Positions 48,703-61,775 of a DNA stretch of 64,000 bases are shown piece after piece. The stretch comes from Mobula hypostoma (lineage: Eukaryota): assembly GCF_963921235.1 (NCBI RefSeq), contig NC_086097.1, positions 203,734,001-203,798,000 of the forward strand, given 5' to 3'. Position numbers and translations under genes: made by a program. Below the pieces are notes generated by a model, which worked only from the letters and a program-made list of their open reading frames with translations, made no database searches and was not told the origin of the DNA. The number at the start of each line of letters is the position of its first letter. Within the stretch, counting starts at the first letter, position 1.

Positions 48703-50402
48703 CATAGGTCGCGTGGGTCCTCAGAGGCTTTTCCCCAGGGCTGGAATGGCTAGCACGAGAGGCCATAGTTTTAAGGTGCTTGGAAGTAGGTTGAGAGGAG
48801 ATGTCGGAGTAAGTTTTTTACGCAGAGAGTGGTGAGTGCGAGGAATGGGCTGCCGGCAACGGTGGTGGAGGCGGAAACGATAGGGTCTTTTAAGAGAGTC
48901 CTGGATGGCTACATGGAGCTTAGAAAAATAGAGGGCTATGGGTAAAGCCTAGGTAGTTCTAAGGTAGGGACATGTTCGGTACAGCTCTGTGGGTCGAAGG
49001 GCCTGTATTGTGCTGTAGGTTTTCTATGTTTCTATAACAACCTCTTACTCAACGTCAGCAAATACAAGGAGCTGATTATTGACTTCAAGGGAGGGAAACC
49101 AGAGGTCCATGATCCAGTCCTAATTGGAGGATTAGAGATGGGAAGGGTCAGCAACTTTAAATTCCTCAGTGTTGTTATACCTGTCCTGGGCTCAGCGGTA
49201 AGTGGAATTACTAAGAAAGCACAGCAGCCCCTATACTTCCTTAGGAGTTTGCAAAGATCTGGCATGACATCTAAAACTTTGACAAACTTCGATAGATGTG
49301 TAGTGGAGTGTATATTGACTGGGTGCATCACAGCCTGGTATAGAATCACCAATGCCCTTGAATGGAAAATCCTGCAAAACGTAGTGGATATGGCCCAGTC
49401 CATCACAGGTAAATCCCTCCCCAGCATTGAGCACATCTACATGAAGCGTTGTTTCAGGACAGCAGCATCCATCACCAGGGACCCCCACCACCCATGTCAT
49501 GCTGCTACCATCAGGAAGAAGATACAGGAGCCTCAGGGCTCACACCAGCAGGTTCAGGAATAATTATTATCCCTCAACCATTATCTGTCACCTATTACCT
49601 CTCCTCTTGAACCAAAGGGACTATCTGCACTCCATATCACTTGCATCATCATTGAGACATTCCCACAACCTATGGACTCACTTTTAGGGACTCTTCATCT
49701 CATGTTCTTGATATTTAGTGCTTATTTATTGATTATTATTCTTTATTTCTTTTTGTATTTACAAAGTTTGTTGTTTTTTGCATACTGGTTGAATGCCGAT
49801 TTTTGTGGCGTCTCTCACTGATTATGCTTATTATTTAATTATGGATTTATTGAGTATGCCCTCAAGAAGGGTTGTATATGATGAGATATATGTATTTTGA
49901 TAACAAATTTACTTTGAACTTTGAACTGTGAGTGCCTAAAGGAAACGGAATCTCAGCATGGTATATGAGGACATACAATATACAAACTTTGATAATAGAT
50001 CTACTTCGAACTTTGAGATTCAATTTGAGGATCTGAATTTCAAAGTATTTTCAAAGAAATTTCAATTTCATTGGCCCAGTTAAAACCTTGTGTAGAGAAA
50101 GAATTTCAGACCTGACTCATTGATAACACTCCAAGTCTTTGCATAACTTCAAGCCAGGCACATATCTACATAACATTAATGCTTTTGACCTGTACCAAGA
50201 GAGTAACATAAAAGCAAAATTCTGCAGATATCAGAAAACTCTGATAAGACCAGAAAGGATTGAAATTTTCTAGCAGGTCACACAGTACCTGTAGTTGCTG
50301 AATTGAAATTTAGATTCAGGCTAATAAACTTTTCTCAGCGCTGAAAAGTATTGGAGACAAAATAGTTTCAAAACCAGGGGAAGTGAAATTCACATACTAA
50401 AT

Positions 50403-50594
50403 CACAAACAAGAGCAAATCTTGAGATGGTGGAAACTCGAACAAAACACACAAAATGCTCGAGGAACTCAGCAGGTCATGCAACATCTATGGAAAAAATA
50501 GTACAGTCAATGTTTCGGCCCGAAATGTCGACTGTACTTTTTTCCACAGATGCTGCCTGTCCTGCTGAGTTCCTCCAGCATTTTGTGTGTGTTG
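50403..50594. mobile_element. Fold-back PLE-derived short element
   Basis: Inverted arms around TTTCGG-CC-CGAAA; 14-bp TSD TTCACATACTAAAT (50389-50402 / 50595-50608). Confidence 0.85.
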
Positions 50595-50845
50595 TTCACA
50601 TACTAAATGCTAAGCTATAAAAGTCTTGATGTCTTATTTTTGTCAGGTGTAGTGTTCTATCTCATTTTAATATAGTTTGAGCACCGTGCACCCAGTATGA
50701 CCATAAGACCATAAAGGATAGGAGCAGAATTAGGCCATTCAGTCCATTGAGTCTGCTCCAGCATTCCATCATAGCTGATTTATTATTCCTTTCAATCTTG
50801 ATCACCTGCTTCTCCTGTAACCTTTGACATCCTGACTAATGAGTA

Positions 50846-51289
50846 TAGCGTATTTTTCAGTTCATTGGAACATACTGGGACCACTACATTTTGGCTCAGT
50901 TAAGCTGCTGCCACAATTAGCCAAAGTTTCATGGAAATTGTTAAAAGGTATAAACAACCATTTAATTGTGTAATAAATTATACATTTGAATAAAATACAG
51001 AACAATTTAGAACACTACCAATACTACTTTTTTAACACAGACTCATACAAGTGATGCTATTTTAAAACTGATCACTCTAAGCAGGGTATAGCGTCTAATG
51101 GCCACACAAATGCACACGATTGGTGCTAATTAGAAACTGTTCAGCAACAGTCACCTGCCCTAATTAAGCTGCATAGTGCCACAAATAAAGAAAGGGAAGC
51201 CTGGCTATTTTATTGATTAAATTTTAAGAATTATCCCAAATAAGCAGCTGTCCTGATTAATTGGTGGCCCAATTAACCAGAATCCATTG
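50846..51289. mobile_element. Tigger/pogo-like MITE inside a CR1 3' remnant (50697-51430)
   Basis: TA-flanked; right end CCCAATTAACCAGAATCCATTG-TA; reverse-complement similarity to 62428-63405. Confidence 0.6.
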
Positions 51290-51644
51290 TACTAATATCA
51301 ACCTCCACTTTAAATATATCCTATAACTTGGCCTCCACAATGAATTCCACGGATTCACCACACTACTGTGAAAGAAATTCCTTCTCATCTCAGTTACAAA
51401 GGGACGTCCTTGTATTCTGAGACTGTGCCTTCTGTCTCTGAGGCAGAGACTGTGGGAGGTGAGTACCTAACTTCCAGGACACAGCCCATTCTTGCAGCTA
51501 ATCAATGGAAAAAGGTTGAGACTTATCATTGTCATAAGAAACCAGTTGTAAGATACAGGAAAAGTTGGGAGAAGAGGAAATAGTTACCTGTCATTTGTTT
51601 TTAATTTGACTATCTCTCTCAGTAAGGTGTTAAATATGAAGTGT

Positions 51645-52462
51645 GAAAGGCGAAGTTAAGATGGTGCTAAACGGCAACTCCTTTGCTTGCATCATTGGAA
51701 ACAGCTCTATTTCTGTCTTTAATATCTTTATTTTTCCCTTTCAAGGTTCTTTTGAAGACCCTGACCTGAAGTTACACGCTGACTTCGGTTCTTTTCGGGA
51801 ATGAGACCCCTTCTCAGGGTTTCAGGAACGGCCTTTGTTGTTCAGCACGCCAAAGGTTTGGGCTGAGATTCCAGCTCGTATTCGAAAGCCTAGGATTCCG
51901 GGACTCTGAAGACGGGTGGATCAAGGGTTGGTGTCATGGCAGGAGACTCGTGTGTCGTCGGGGAGGCCAGAAAATCTTTTGCTGTGGGCCCAAAGACCTG
52001 AGATCTTTGTAATCTTCAGGCTCAGAGCTTGTAAAAAGCAACAAACGGATGTTTTAACATTGTAAACCAGTAGGTTATCGTTATGCCTCCCGCTTGCTGT
52101 GAAAATGGGGAACACCTCCCCCTCCCTTACTAGCGAGAGAGATAACCTGTGGTTTGTCAAATGCTGGAGGAAATGCGATATTCTTTGGGGTAACTGCAAG
52201 TCTGTGTCTTTGCTATAGCCTAGCTTATGCTTGTGCTTGGTAGCGGGTGAGCTTTTTTTTGCTGGGGGGGAAGGGGATTGTTGCTTGCTGTCGCTTACAC
52301 ACGGGAGGGGGGAGCTGGGGGAGACTTTGGGGTTCTCACATTTAACTGTCGTTCATTCTTTGGGGCATTTCTGTTTTTGTGGATGTTTGCGAAGAGAATG
52401 CATTTCAGGATGTATATTGTATACATTTCTCTGACATTGAATTGGACCTTTGAACCTTTGAA
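51645..52462 (+). mobile_element. Non-autonomous retroelement with Rex1/Babar-like tail
   Basis: Starts with AAGATGGTG; ends ACCTTTGAACCTTTGAA like the tail at 49910-49930; no ORF. Confidence 0.45.
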
Positions 52463-54129
52463 ATGCTTGCATACAACACCTTGCAATTGTAAAACATTGT
52501 TTATACTGTATATTGTAAGAAGCTTTATTGTTTACTTTCTTCTTCTGCTTTGGACCTGAGAAGGTTCCTTTGCTGGTATGGAGCTTCTGAAACAGATTTC
52601 TGTCCCCTTGAATACGGTGAATCAGACTGGGGTGTGATCCACAGCCACGGGCAGGCCACTAGCACCTAATGCAACTAACCATTCATTATAAGATGACCGA
52701 GAGAGTTGTAGGAGAGGAGGGGATACTGTACATGCATGGCCAATTCTTTCTCGATGAGCACATAAGCTAGGATGGTGGTCTAGAAAATGAACTATATTTT
52801 AAAACATTGAACTCTGGAAGGGGACCAGCTTCAGGGTATTGCCAGAGCCCTGAACTAAAGGTGGAACATTCCTTGATTGCAGAGAATCAAACCTTAATTG
52901 GATGTTACGTTAATTTATGAGTTGTTTGAGCAATGGGGAAAAGACATCAAGCTGAATACAAAACTTCATCGATAAAATTGATATCTAATAACACACTAGT
53001 AGAAAAGAGACATGGCTGATCTTTGCTTCTAACTGGTTGGCTTTGTTGTTCATTTAAAAACTGCGGCCATTCTTGAAGGTGAAACTCATTCTATATAGTA
53101 CACAATCATACCTACTACGAAGTGGGCTAATTAACTTCCCTCACTGCAGGTTCTGTCCGCGGTATTACAATCATCAGCCGATAACCAAGGTGCTTGGCAG
53201 GTACTTTTGAAGAATCTTGTTTGTTGTCTGTTGTATCTGTATTAGTTCAAATGTTAACAAATTTTAAAGGAGAAAGTATTTGTTAAATGAGAATATAAAA
53301 TAATGGAAGTGTTAAGCACCTGTAGAGAAAAATCATGAGGTAAACTTTATTGTCAATGATTTTTAATTAGAGCCACAAATGTTAATGCTCTACATCTATT
53401 AAATATTTCCATTGTTTCCTGCTTGCACATCAGATTTGCAGTAATACGCTTTTGTGCAGTGCTTTTCAACCAGTGATCCTTTGTAGCAAGTCAAGTGTCT
53501 GTTACAGGAACAGCATAAATCAGAAGAGATTGAAAATGAATTCTCTCTTCAGCACAACCGGAGGAGAAAGCAGGGTAAGATGTCATCAGGCAAGAAAACG
53601 GAGATGCAAGGGAGTGCAGATGCTGGAGTATAATGCAGGTCCTGATGCACTCTCAATCTGAATAGCTGACAATTCCTTTCCCTTCACAAACTGACCCACT
53701 GAGTTCCTCCAGCAGTTCGTTTTCTGCACCAGGCAAGAAAGTCTTGGCTGCAGACATGGTCCTGAAGGGATACAGTAGAAAGTAATCTGTCAACAACCTT
53801 TCCTGTTATTTCCCCAACCACATAGGAAGAAGTTTATTTAAAAACTGTGTATGCTTAAATGAGAAGTTTCAAACATAACTTACTTTTAGCCAAGACTCCA
53901 GGAAATAGTATTATATGCTCATCCATGCCTCAGAAGCAAGTTCAGCTGAAGTGATTGACTGCAATGCAAAACAAGTCAAAATGTTGGACTGAGACACCCA
54001 ACAGTTAAGTTAGTTTCTTTGGAAAGACTGTGCCTCTACCATTGACTCTTTCCCCTTATCACCCTCATAGTATCAACATAATGATTAGAAGTTGAATAAG
54101 AATGATGGCTACTTAATTACCTGCTGACT

Positions 54130-54485
54130 AATGCTTAATCGATTGGTCAGTGTGTTGTGGTTTTAACTCTGAAGATTTAAGAAACAAATAAAATCTGAGA
54201 GCCATCTCAGGCAGTATTGTGTGGAGTACTGAACCTCAAGGTGGAGTATCTTGGCCGAGTCAATAAACTGAACCATAGCTTTCTGTCTCGAGGGAATGGT
54301 ACAGATCCCAGTTTAGGTGGTTGAAGAAGAACAGAAGATGCTATCCTTGATGACTTGGCCACTTAAATCAATGTAACCACAAGTGGGACATGGTCATTTT
54401 CAGAATGCAATACACATACATAAAATAATGCAAAGGATATAAAGTTTACAATGAGAGTTGCCATATAAATGCAAGTCTTTTTTTT
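54130..54485 (+). mobile_element. Ancient Deu-domain-like SINE remnant
   Basis: Weak resemblance (recalled, not aligned) to the Deu domain: CAGTATTGTGTGGAGTACTG..AGATCCC..TGAAGAAGAACAG..TGGCCA; tail ATATAAATGCAAGTCTTTT. Confidence 0.4.
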
Positions 54486-55124
54486 TCATTTTATGTCTAC
54501 AACTCTCTGCTGATTGACTTTTGCTTGACTAACAAAGGGTCAGCTTGCTATGAAAGTGTATGGTAGGTGGACAGAAATAAAACAAATGACACTGAAATAT
54601 GTTGCAAACAGAATTCTACTTTTATGACTCAATCATTGTGTTTTTGGATCGAGAAATCTCCGGAAATACTCAAGAGACGATTCTCATGCCCTTGTACAAG
54701 CTCTGCGCAATAAATCTCTAAATTACACAATGTGAATAGTATTTGTTCCTTTCCAGTGCACTCGGAATATTATAATCTTACCACGTCTTTAGCAAGAAGG
54801 AGAAGATATCCAGCTGTGATGTTTTGGGTGGATAAACCAGTTGCGTTGGTTTTATCGAACAGACTTGCTTGTGCCTTAACTCACAGGCAATGTCCATTAG
54901 CAAGTAATGCACCAGAGTTTCTTTCCTTCATTGTGAAAGTTTATTTTCTATATTTCCAGCCTTATGAACAGATGTTCTCTGCATTTACAGAAAGCAAACC
55001 TGGCATCTAGCCACTGATAAATGTTTTAATTACTGGCAGATGTGAGGAGCTTTTAAAAGGAAAGAGCAGTATCTCAACAAGTATGAATATGTCATGTTTA
55101 ATAAAAAACACATCTGCTAAAAAC

Positions 55125-56317
55125 AACAGATGCAAAATGCTGGAGGGGTTCAGCAGGTCAGGCAGCATCTATGGAAAAGAGTAAGCAGTCAACGTTTTGG
55201 GTGAGACCCTTCATCAGGACCGAGAAGGAAGGAGGAAGATGTCTGAATAAAAAGCTGGGGCAGGTGATAAGAGAAGCCAGGTGGGAGGGAAAGGTCAAGG
55301 GCTGGAGAAGAATCTGATAGGAGGGGAGAGTGAACAATAGGAGAAAGGGAAGGAGGGGAGACCCGGGGGAAGTATTTGGTGGGTGAGAGGAAGTGAAAGG
55401 TCAGAGTGGGGAATAGAATAGGCGGGGTGTAGGGGCGTAATTTGTCCACCGGAAGGAGAAATCAATAATCATGGCATCAGGCTGGAGGGTACCCATATAG
55501 AATATAAGGTGTTGCTCCTCCACCCTGAGGGCGGCCTCATCTTGCCACAAGAGGAGGCCATGGATCAACATGTCAGAATGGGAATGGGGATGAGAATTAA
55601 AATGTTTGGCCACTGTGAAGTCCCAATTGTGGTGGATGGTGTGGAGGTGCTTGATGAAGCAGTCCTCCCAATTTCAACGGGCCTCACCAATATAGAGGAG
55701 GCTGCATTGGGAGCACCAGACACAATAGTTGACCACAGAAAATTCGCAGCTGAGGTGTTGCCTTACCTAGAAGGACTTGTTTGGGACACTGAATGGAGGG
55801 GAGGGAGGAGGTGTATGGGGAGGTGTAGCACTTAGGCCACTTGCAGGGGTAGGTACTTGAGTGGAACTTGTAGAGAAGGATGAATGGACAAGGGAACTAC
55901 AGAGGGAGCAATAGTGCAGAAAACGGAGGAGGGTGAGGTAAAGATGTGTTTAGTGGTAGAATCCCTTTGGAGATGGTGGAAGTTGTGGAGGATAATGTGT
56001 TGGATGCAGAGGCTGATGGGGTTTTAGGTAAGGACAAGAGGGACTCTATCGCTGTTACGTCAATGGGAAGATGGGGTGAGCATGGATGTTCAAGAAATGG
56101 AAGAGATGTGGGTAAGGGTAGCATCAATACTAGAGGGAGAGAAACCCCATTCTTGAAAGGAGGAGAACATCTCAATGTTCTGGAATTGAAAGCCCCATCC
56201 TGGGAACTAATACAGCAGAGGTGAAAAAACTGAGAAAAGGGAATAGCATTTTTACAGGAGATAGAGTGGGAAGAGGTATAGTTGAGATAACCATGGGAAT
56301 CAGTAGGTTTATAAAAG
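55125..56317 (-). mobile_element. Older Neptune-type PLE (3' UTR, GIY-YIG, RT C-terminus); continues at 61776-62105
   Basis: ORF 55401-55613 (HFNSHPHSHSDM..EEQHLIF..LQPD); degenerate HHR at ~55186-55221. Confidence 0.85.
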
Positions 56318-56885
56318 TGTTTTGGATCGGGACAAGAAGAGCGGTGTGAGAGCTAAAATCTGAAGGAAGGCAGTTTTTAAAAAAACTTCTTCGAGTACAA
56401 GAAGGATGAGACTGCACAGGTGCGTGATGTAGTCAGGACAACGCGGAGTGTTTGAAAAGGAGACCACCCTATACAGTAGGCAGCAGTCGGAGCAGGCAGT
56501 GCAGTGAGTGACAGCAGAGTGTAGGGCTTTGGCTCAACAGGCTTAGGCAGTAACGGGAAGAGGCGAGAGCGAGGCACCAACTCTTCGTTTCCCCCTTGGC
56601 GAATCAACCCAGACAGTCAGAGGAAGAGCAGGGTAACGGTACGAGCTAAGGGTTTTAAAAGTTCATGTATTTGGTGAGCTAAGTGAGTGAGTAGACGTAT
56701 TTTTTCCTTGCTTAATTCCTGTAGAATTAGGTATCATGTCTGTAGGGTTAGTGCTTTCTTCAGGGTGTCAGATGTGGGAATCCTGGGAGACCTCCAGCCT
56801 CCCTGATGGCCACATCTGCGCCAGGTGCACCGAGATGCAGCTCCTCAGAGACCATGTTAGGGATTTGGAGCTGCAACTTAATGAC

Positions 56886-57665
56886 ATAGTCATAGTCATA
56901 CTTTATTAATCCCAGGGGAAAATGGTTTTCGTTACAGTTGCACCATAAATAATAAATAGTAATAGAACCATAAATATTTAAATAGTAATATGTAAATTAT
57001 GCCAGTAAATTATGAAATAAGTCCAGGACCAGCCTATTGGCTCAGGGTGTCTGACCCTCCAAGGGAGAAGTTGTAAAGTTTGATGGCCACAGGCAGGAAT
57101 GACTTCCTATGGCGCTCTGTGCTGCACCTCGGTGGAATGAGTCTTTGGCTGAATGTACTCCTGTGCCCACTCAGTACGTTATGTAGTGGATGGGAGACAT
57201 TGACCAAGATGGCATGCAACTTAGACAGCATCCTCTTTTCAGACACCACCGTGAGAGAGTCCAGTTCCATCCCCACAACATCATTGGCCTTACGAATGAG
57301 TTTGTAGATTCTGTTGGTGTCTGTAACCCTCAGCCTGCTGCCCCAGCACACAACAGCAAACATGATAGCATTGGCCACCACAGACTCATAGAACATCCTC
57401 AGCATCATCCGGCAGATGTTAAAGGACCTCAGTCTCCTCAGGAAATAGAGATGGCTCTGACCCTTCTTGTAGACAGCCTCAGTGTCCTTTGACCAGTCCA
57501 GTTTATTGTCAATTTGTATCCCCAGGTAATTGTAATCCTCCACCATGATCACACTGACCCCTTGGATGGAAACAGGGGTCACCAGTACCTTAGCTCTCCT
57601 CGGGTCTACCACCAGCTCCTTAGTCTTTTTCACATTAAGCTGCAGATAAATCTGCTCACACCATG
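56886..57665 (-). mobile_element. 5'-truncated Rex1/Babar LINE inserted in CR1 ORF1
   Basis: ORF 57034-57633 (KTKELVVD..YLGIQID..LYFLRRLRSF..SFLPVAIKLYN); (ATGACT)n tail; TGAC duplicated. Confidence 0.9.
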
Positions 57666-59224
57666 TGACCTACTGCTTATTAGGGAAAGTGAAGAGGTGA
57701 TAGACAGGAGCTACAGAAAGGTAGTCATCCCTAGGCTACAGGGGTCAGAAAACTGGGTGACTATCAGGAGAGGGAAGGAAAATGCCCAGATAGTGGAGAG
57801 CACCCCTGTGGCTGTCCCCGTCAGCAACAGGAATCTTGTTTTGGATGCTGTTGAGGGGGATGTCCTGACAGGGGATGGCCATGGTGACCAGGTCTCTGGC
57901 ACTGAGCCTGGCGCTGTTGTGCAGGAGGGAAGGAGGGAGAAGAGGAATGTGGTAGTCATAGGCGATTCCATAGTCAGTGGAATAGACATGAGATTCTGTG
58001 AGCCTGATGGAGATACCCACTTAGTGTGTTGCCTCCCATGTGCCAGATTACGGGATGTCTCGGATCGGGTCCTGAATATTCTGAAGGGAGAGGGCAAGCA
58101 GTCAGTTGTCTTGGTACATGTTGGTGCCAATGACATAGATAGGATAAGGGAGGAGGTCCTGAAGAGAGATTTCGGGGAGTTAGGAAAGAAGCTGAGAAGC
58201 AGGACCTCCAGGGTAGTAATCTCAGGATTGCTACCTGTGCCACGTACTAGCGAGGGCAAGAATAGTAGGATCAGGCAGATGAACGTGTGGCTGAGAGACT
58301 GGTGTAGGGGGCAGGGCTTCAGATTCTTGGATCATTGGGATTTCTTCTGGGGGAAGTACGACCTGTTCAAAAAGGACAGGTTACACCTGAACCTGAAGGG
58401 GACCAATATCCTGGTGGGAAGGTTTAATAGATCTGTTAGGGAGGGTTTAAGCTAATTTGGCAGGGGGATGGGAAATGGAATGATAGAGCGGAGGAGGGGG
58501 AAAAACAGAAAAAAATCTAAGACAGTGAGCAGTAAAGATGTCAGGATGGACAGGCAGGCAAGATGCAATAAAGTCACAGCGCAATCAAAGCAAAAAGTAC
58601 CAAATACTGGACTTAAGGTGCTATGCTTAAATCCACGCAGCATAAGGAATAAGGTGGATGATCTTGTCGTACAGCTACAGATTGGCAGGTATGATATTGT
58701 GGCCATCACTGAGACGTGGCTAAAGGATGCATGTCTCCGGGAGCTGAATATCCAACGATACACAGTGTATCGGAAGGATAGACAGGTAGGCAGAGGGAGT
58801 GGTGTGGCTTTATTGGTAAGAAATGATATTAAATCATTAGAAAGAGGTGACATAGGATTGGAGGGTAAAGAATCTTTATGGGTTGAGCTAAGAAATCACA
58901 GGGGTAAAAGGACCCTGGTGGCAGTTATATACAGGCCTCCAAAGAGCTGCAGTGATGTGGACTACAAGTTACACAACAGGAAATAGAAAAGGCTTGTCAG
59001 AAGGGCAGTGTTATGATAATTGTGGGGGATTTTAGCATGCGAGTGGATTAGGAAAATCATGTCGGCACTGGATCTCAAGAGAGAGAATTTGTACAAAGTC
59101 TACGAGGTGGCTTTTTAGAACAGCTTGTTGTTGTTGCTGTACTGGATTGGGTATTGTGTAATGAACCAGAGGTGATTAGAGAGATTGAGGTGAAGAAACC
59201 CTTAGGAGACAGTGATCATAACAT

Positions 59225-59496
59225 CGCAAACACGAGGAAATCTGCAGATGCTGGAAATTCAAGCCACACTCATCAAAGTTGCTGGTGAACGCAGCAGGCC
59301 AGGCAGCATCTCTAGGAAGAGGTACAAAAATGGATCTCCCCCTCTCCCTCCCCCTCCCCCGCCCATTTTCAAATCTCTTACTAGCTCATCTTTCAGTTAG
59401 TCCTGACGAAGGGTCTCGGCCCGAAACGTCGCCTGTACCTCTTCCTAAAGATGCTGCCTGGCCTGCCACCTTCACCAGCAACTTTGATGTGTGTGG
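59225..59496. mobile_element. Inverted-end PLE derivative in CR1 ORF2
   Basis: 15-bp TSD CAGTGATCATAACAT / CAGTGATCAAAACAT (59210-59224 / 59497-59511); HHR motif ~59399-59434 (+). Confidence 0.9.
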
Positions 59497-61775
59497 CAGT
59501 GATCAAAACATGATTGAGTTCACTGTGAAATTTGAGAAAGAGAAGCTGAAATCCGATGTGTCAGTATTTCAGTGGAGTGAAGGAAATTACAGTGGCATGA
59601 GAGAGGAACTGGCCAAAGTTGACTGGAAAGAGACACTGGCGGGAAAGACGGCAGAGCAGCAGTGGCTGGAGTTTATGCAAGAAATGAGGAAACTGCAAGG
59701 CAGATATATTCCAAAAAAGAAGAAATTTTCAAATGGAAAAAGGATGCACCATGGCTGACAAGACAAGTCAAAGCCAAAGTTAAAGCAAAGGAGAGGGCAT
59801 ACAGGGAAGCAAAAATTAGTGGGAAGACAGAGGATTGGGAAGTTTTTAAAAGCTTATAAAAGGAAACGAAAAAGTTCATTAAGAGGGAAACGATGAACTA
59901 TGAAAGGAAGCTAGCAAATAATATCAAAGGGGATGCTAAAAGCTTTTTCAAGTGTATAAAGAGTAAAAGACAGGTGAGAGTAGATATAGGACCGATAGAA
60001 AATGATGCTGGAGAAATTGTAATGGGAGATAAGGAGATGGCGGAGGAACTGAACAAGTATTTTACATCAGTCTTCACTGAGGAAGACATCAGCAGTGTAC
60101 CGGAGCACTCAGGGGTGTCAGGGAAGAGAAGTGTGCGCAGTCACAATTATGACAGAGAAAGTACTCAGGAAGCTGAATGGTCTAAGGGTAGATAAATCTC
60201 CCGGACCAGATGGAATGCACCCTCGTGTTCTGAAGGAAGTATCTGTGGAGATTGCAGAGGCATTAGTGATGATCTTTCAAGAGTCAATCGATTTTGGCAT
60301 GGTTCCGGAGGACTGGAAGATTGCAAATGTCATTCCGCTATTTAAGAAGAGGGCAAGGAAGCAAAAAGGAAATTATAGACCTGTTAGCTTGACAGCGGTG
60401 GTTGGGAAGTTGTTGGAGTCAATTGTCAAGGATGAGGTTACAGAGTACCTGGAGGCATATGACAAGATAGGCAGAACTCAGTATGGTTTCCTTAAAGGAA
60501 AATCCTTCCTGACAAACCCATTGCAATTTTTTGAGGAAATTACAAATAGGCTAGACAAGGGAGATGCAGTGGATGTTGTGTATTTGGATATTCATAATGC
60601 CTTTGACAAGGTGCCGCACATGAGGCTGCTAAACAAGATAAGAGCCCATAGAATTATGGGAAAGTTACATACGTGGATAGAGCGTTGGCTGATTGGCAGG
60701 AAACAGAGAGTGGGAACAAAGTGATCCCATTCTGGTTGGCTGCCGATTACCAGTGGTGTTCCACAGGGGTCCGTGTTGGGGCTGCTTCTTTTTACATTGT
60801 ACATCAACGATTTGGATTACGGAATAGACGGCTTTGTGGCTAAGTTTGCTGATGATACGAAGATGGGTGGAGGGGCCAGGAGTGCTGAGGAAACAGAGAG
60901 TCTGCAGAGAGACTTGGATAGATTGGGAGAATGAGCAAAGACGTGGCAAATGAAATACAATGTTGGAAAGTGTATGGTTATGCACTTTGGCAGAAGAAAT
61001 AAACGGGCAGACTATTATTTAAATGGGGAGAGAATTCAAAGTTCTGAGATGAAACGGGACTTGGGAGTCCTCGTGCAGGATACCGTTAAGGTTAACCTCC
61101 AGGTTGAGTCAGTGGTGAAGAAGGTGAATGCAATGTTGGCATTCATTTCTAGAGGAATAGAGTATAGGAGCAGGGATGTGATGTTGAGGCTCTATAAGGC
61201 ACTGTTAAGACCTCACGGAGTACAGTGTGCAGTTTTGGTCTCCTTATTTAAGAAAGGATGTGCTGATGTTGGAGAGGGTTCAGAGAAGATTCACTAGATG
61301 ATTCCGGGAATGAGAGGGTTAACATATGAGGAACGTTTGACCGCTCTTGGACTGTACTCCTTGGAGTTTAGAAGAATGAGGGGGGACCTCATAGAAGCAT
61401 TTCGAATGTTGAAAGGCGTGGACAGAGTGGATGTGGCAAAGTTGTTTCCCATGGTGGGGGAATCTAGTATGACGGGGCATGATTTAAGGATTGAAGGGCA
61501 CCCATGCAAAACAGAGATGCGAAGAAATTTTTTTAGCCGGAGCGTGGTGAATCTGTGAATTTGTTGCTGTGGGCAGCAGTGGAGGTCAAGTTATTGGGTG
61601 TATTTAAGGCAGAGATTGATAGGTATCTGAGTAGCCAGGGCATCAAAGGTTATGGTGAGAAGGCGGGGGAGTGAGATTAAATGGGAGAATGGATCAGCTC
61701 ATGATAAAATGGTGGAGCAGACTCGATGGGCCGAATGGCCAACTTCTGCTCCTTTGTCTTATGGTCTTATGGTCT

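Larger units (their letters stand above)
47357..49033 (+). mobile_element. 5'-truncated CR1 (same family as copy B) nested in Rex1
   Basis: ORFs 47308-47667 and 47709-47957; (TTTCTATG)n tail. Confidence 0.9.
45401..49930 (+). mobile_element. Rex1/Babar LINE split by three nested insertions
   Basis: LPDELNAFYA (45404-45613), RT pieces 45620-46040 and 47080-47355, C-terminus 49034-49690, (CTTTGAA)n tail. Confidence 0.8.
56318..61775 (+). mobile_element. Full-length decayed CR1 LINE (5' UTR, ORF1 from ATG 56736, APE, RT, 3' UTR)
   Basis: ORF1 CQMWE..HICARC + esterase (VVIGDSIV..VHVGANDI); ORFs 58468-58986, 60095-60724, 60950-61558; (TCTTATGG)n tail; AAG repeated at 56315-56317 / 61776-61778. 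Confidence 0.93.

Noticed and set aside
48218..48707. Leu/Ser- and Arg/Glu-rich ORFs
   Set aside because: Translation artefacts of the CT/CTCG low-complexity tract.
57514..58455. 313-aa ORF as a cellular GDSL esterase gene
   Set aside because: It is CR1 ORF1 read in frame from antisense Rex1 sequence and lies inside a full-length CR1.
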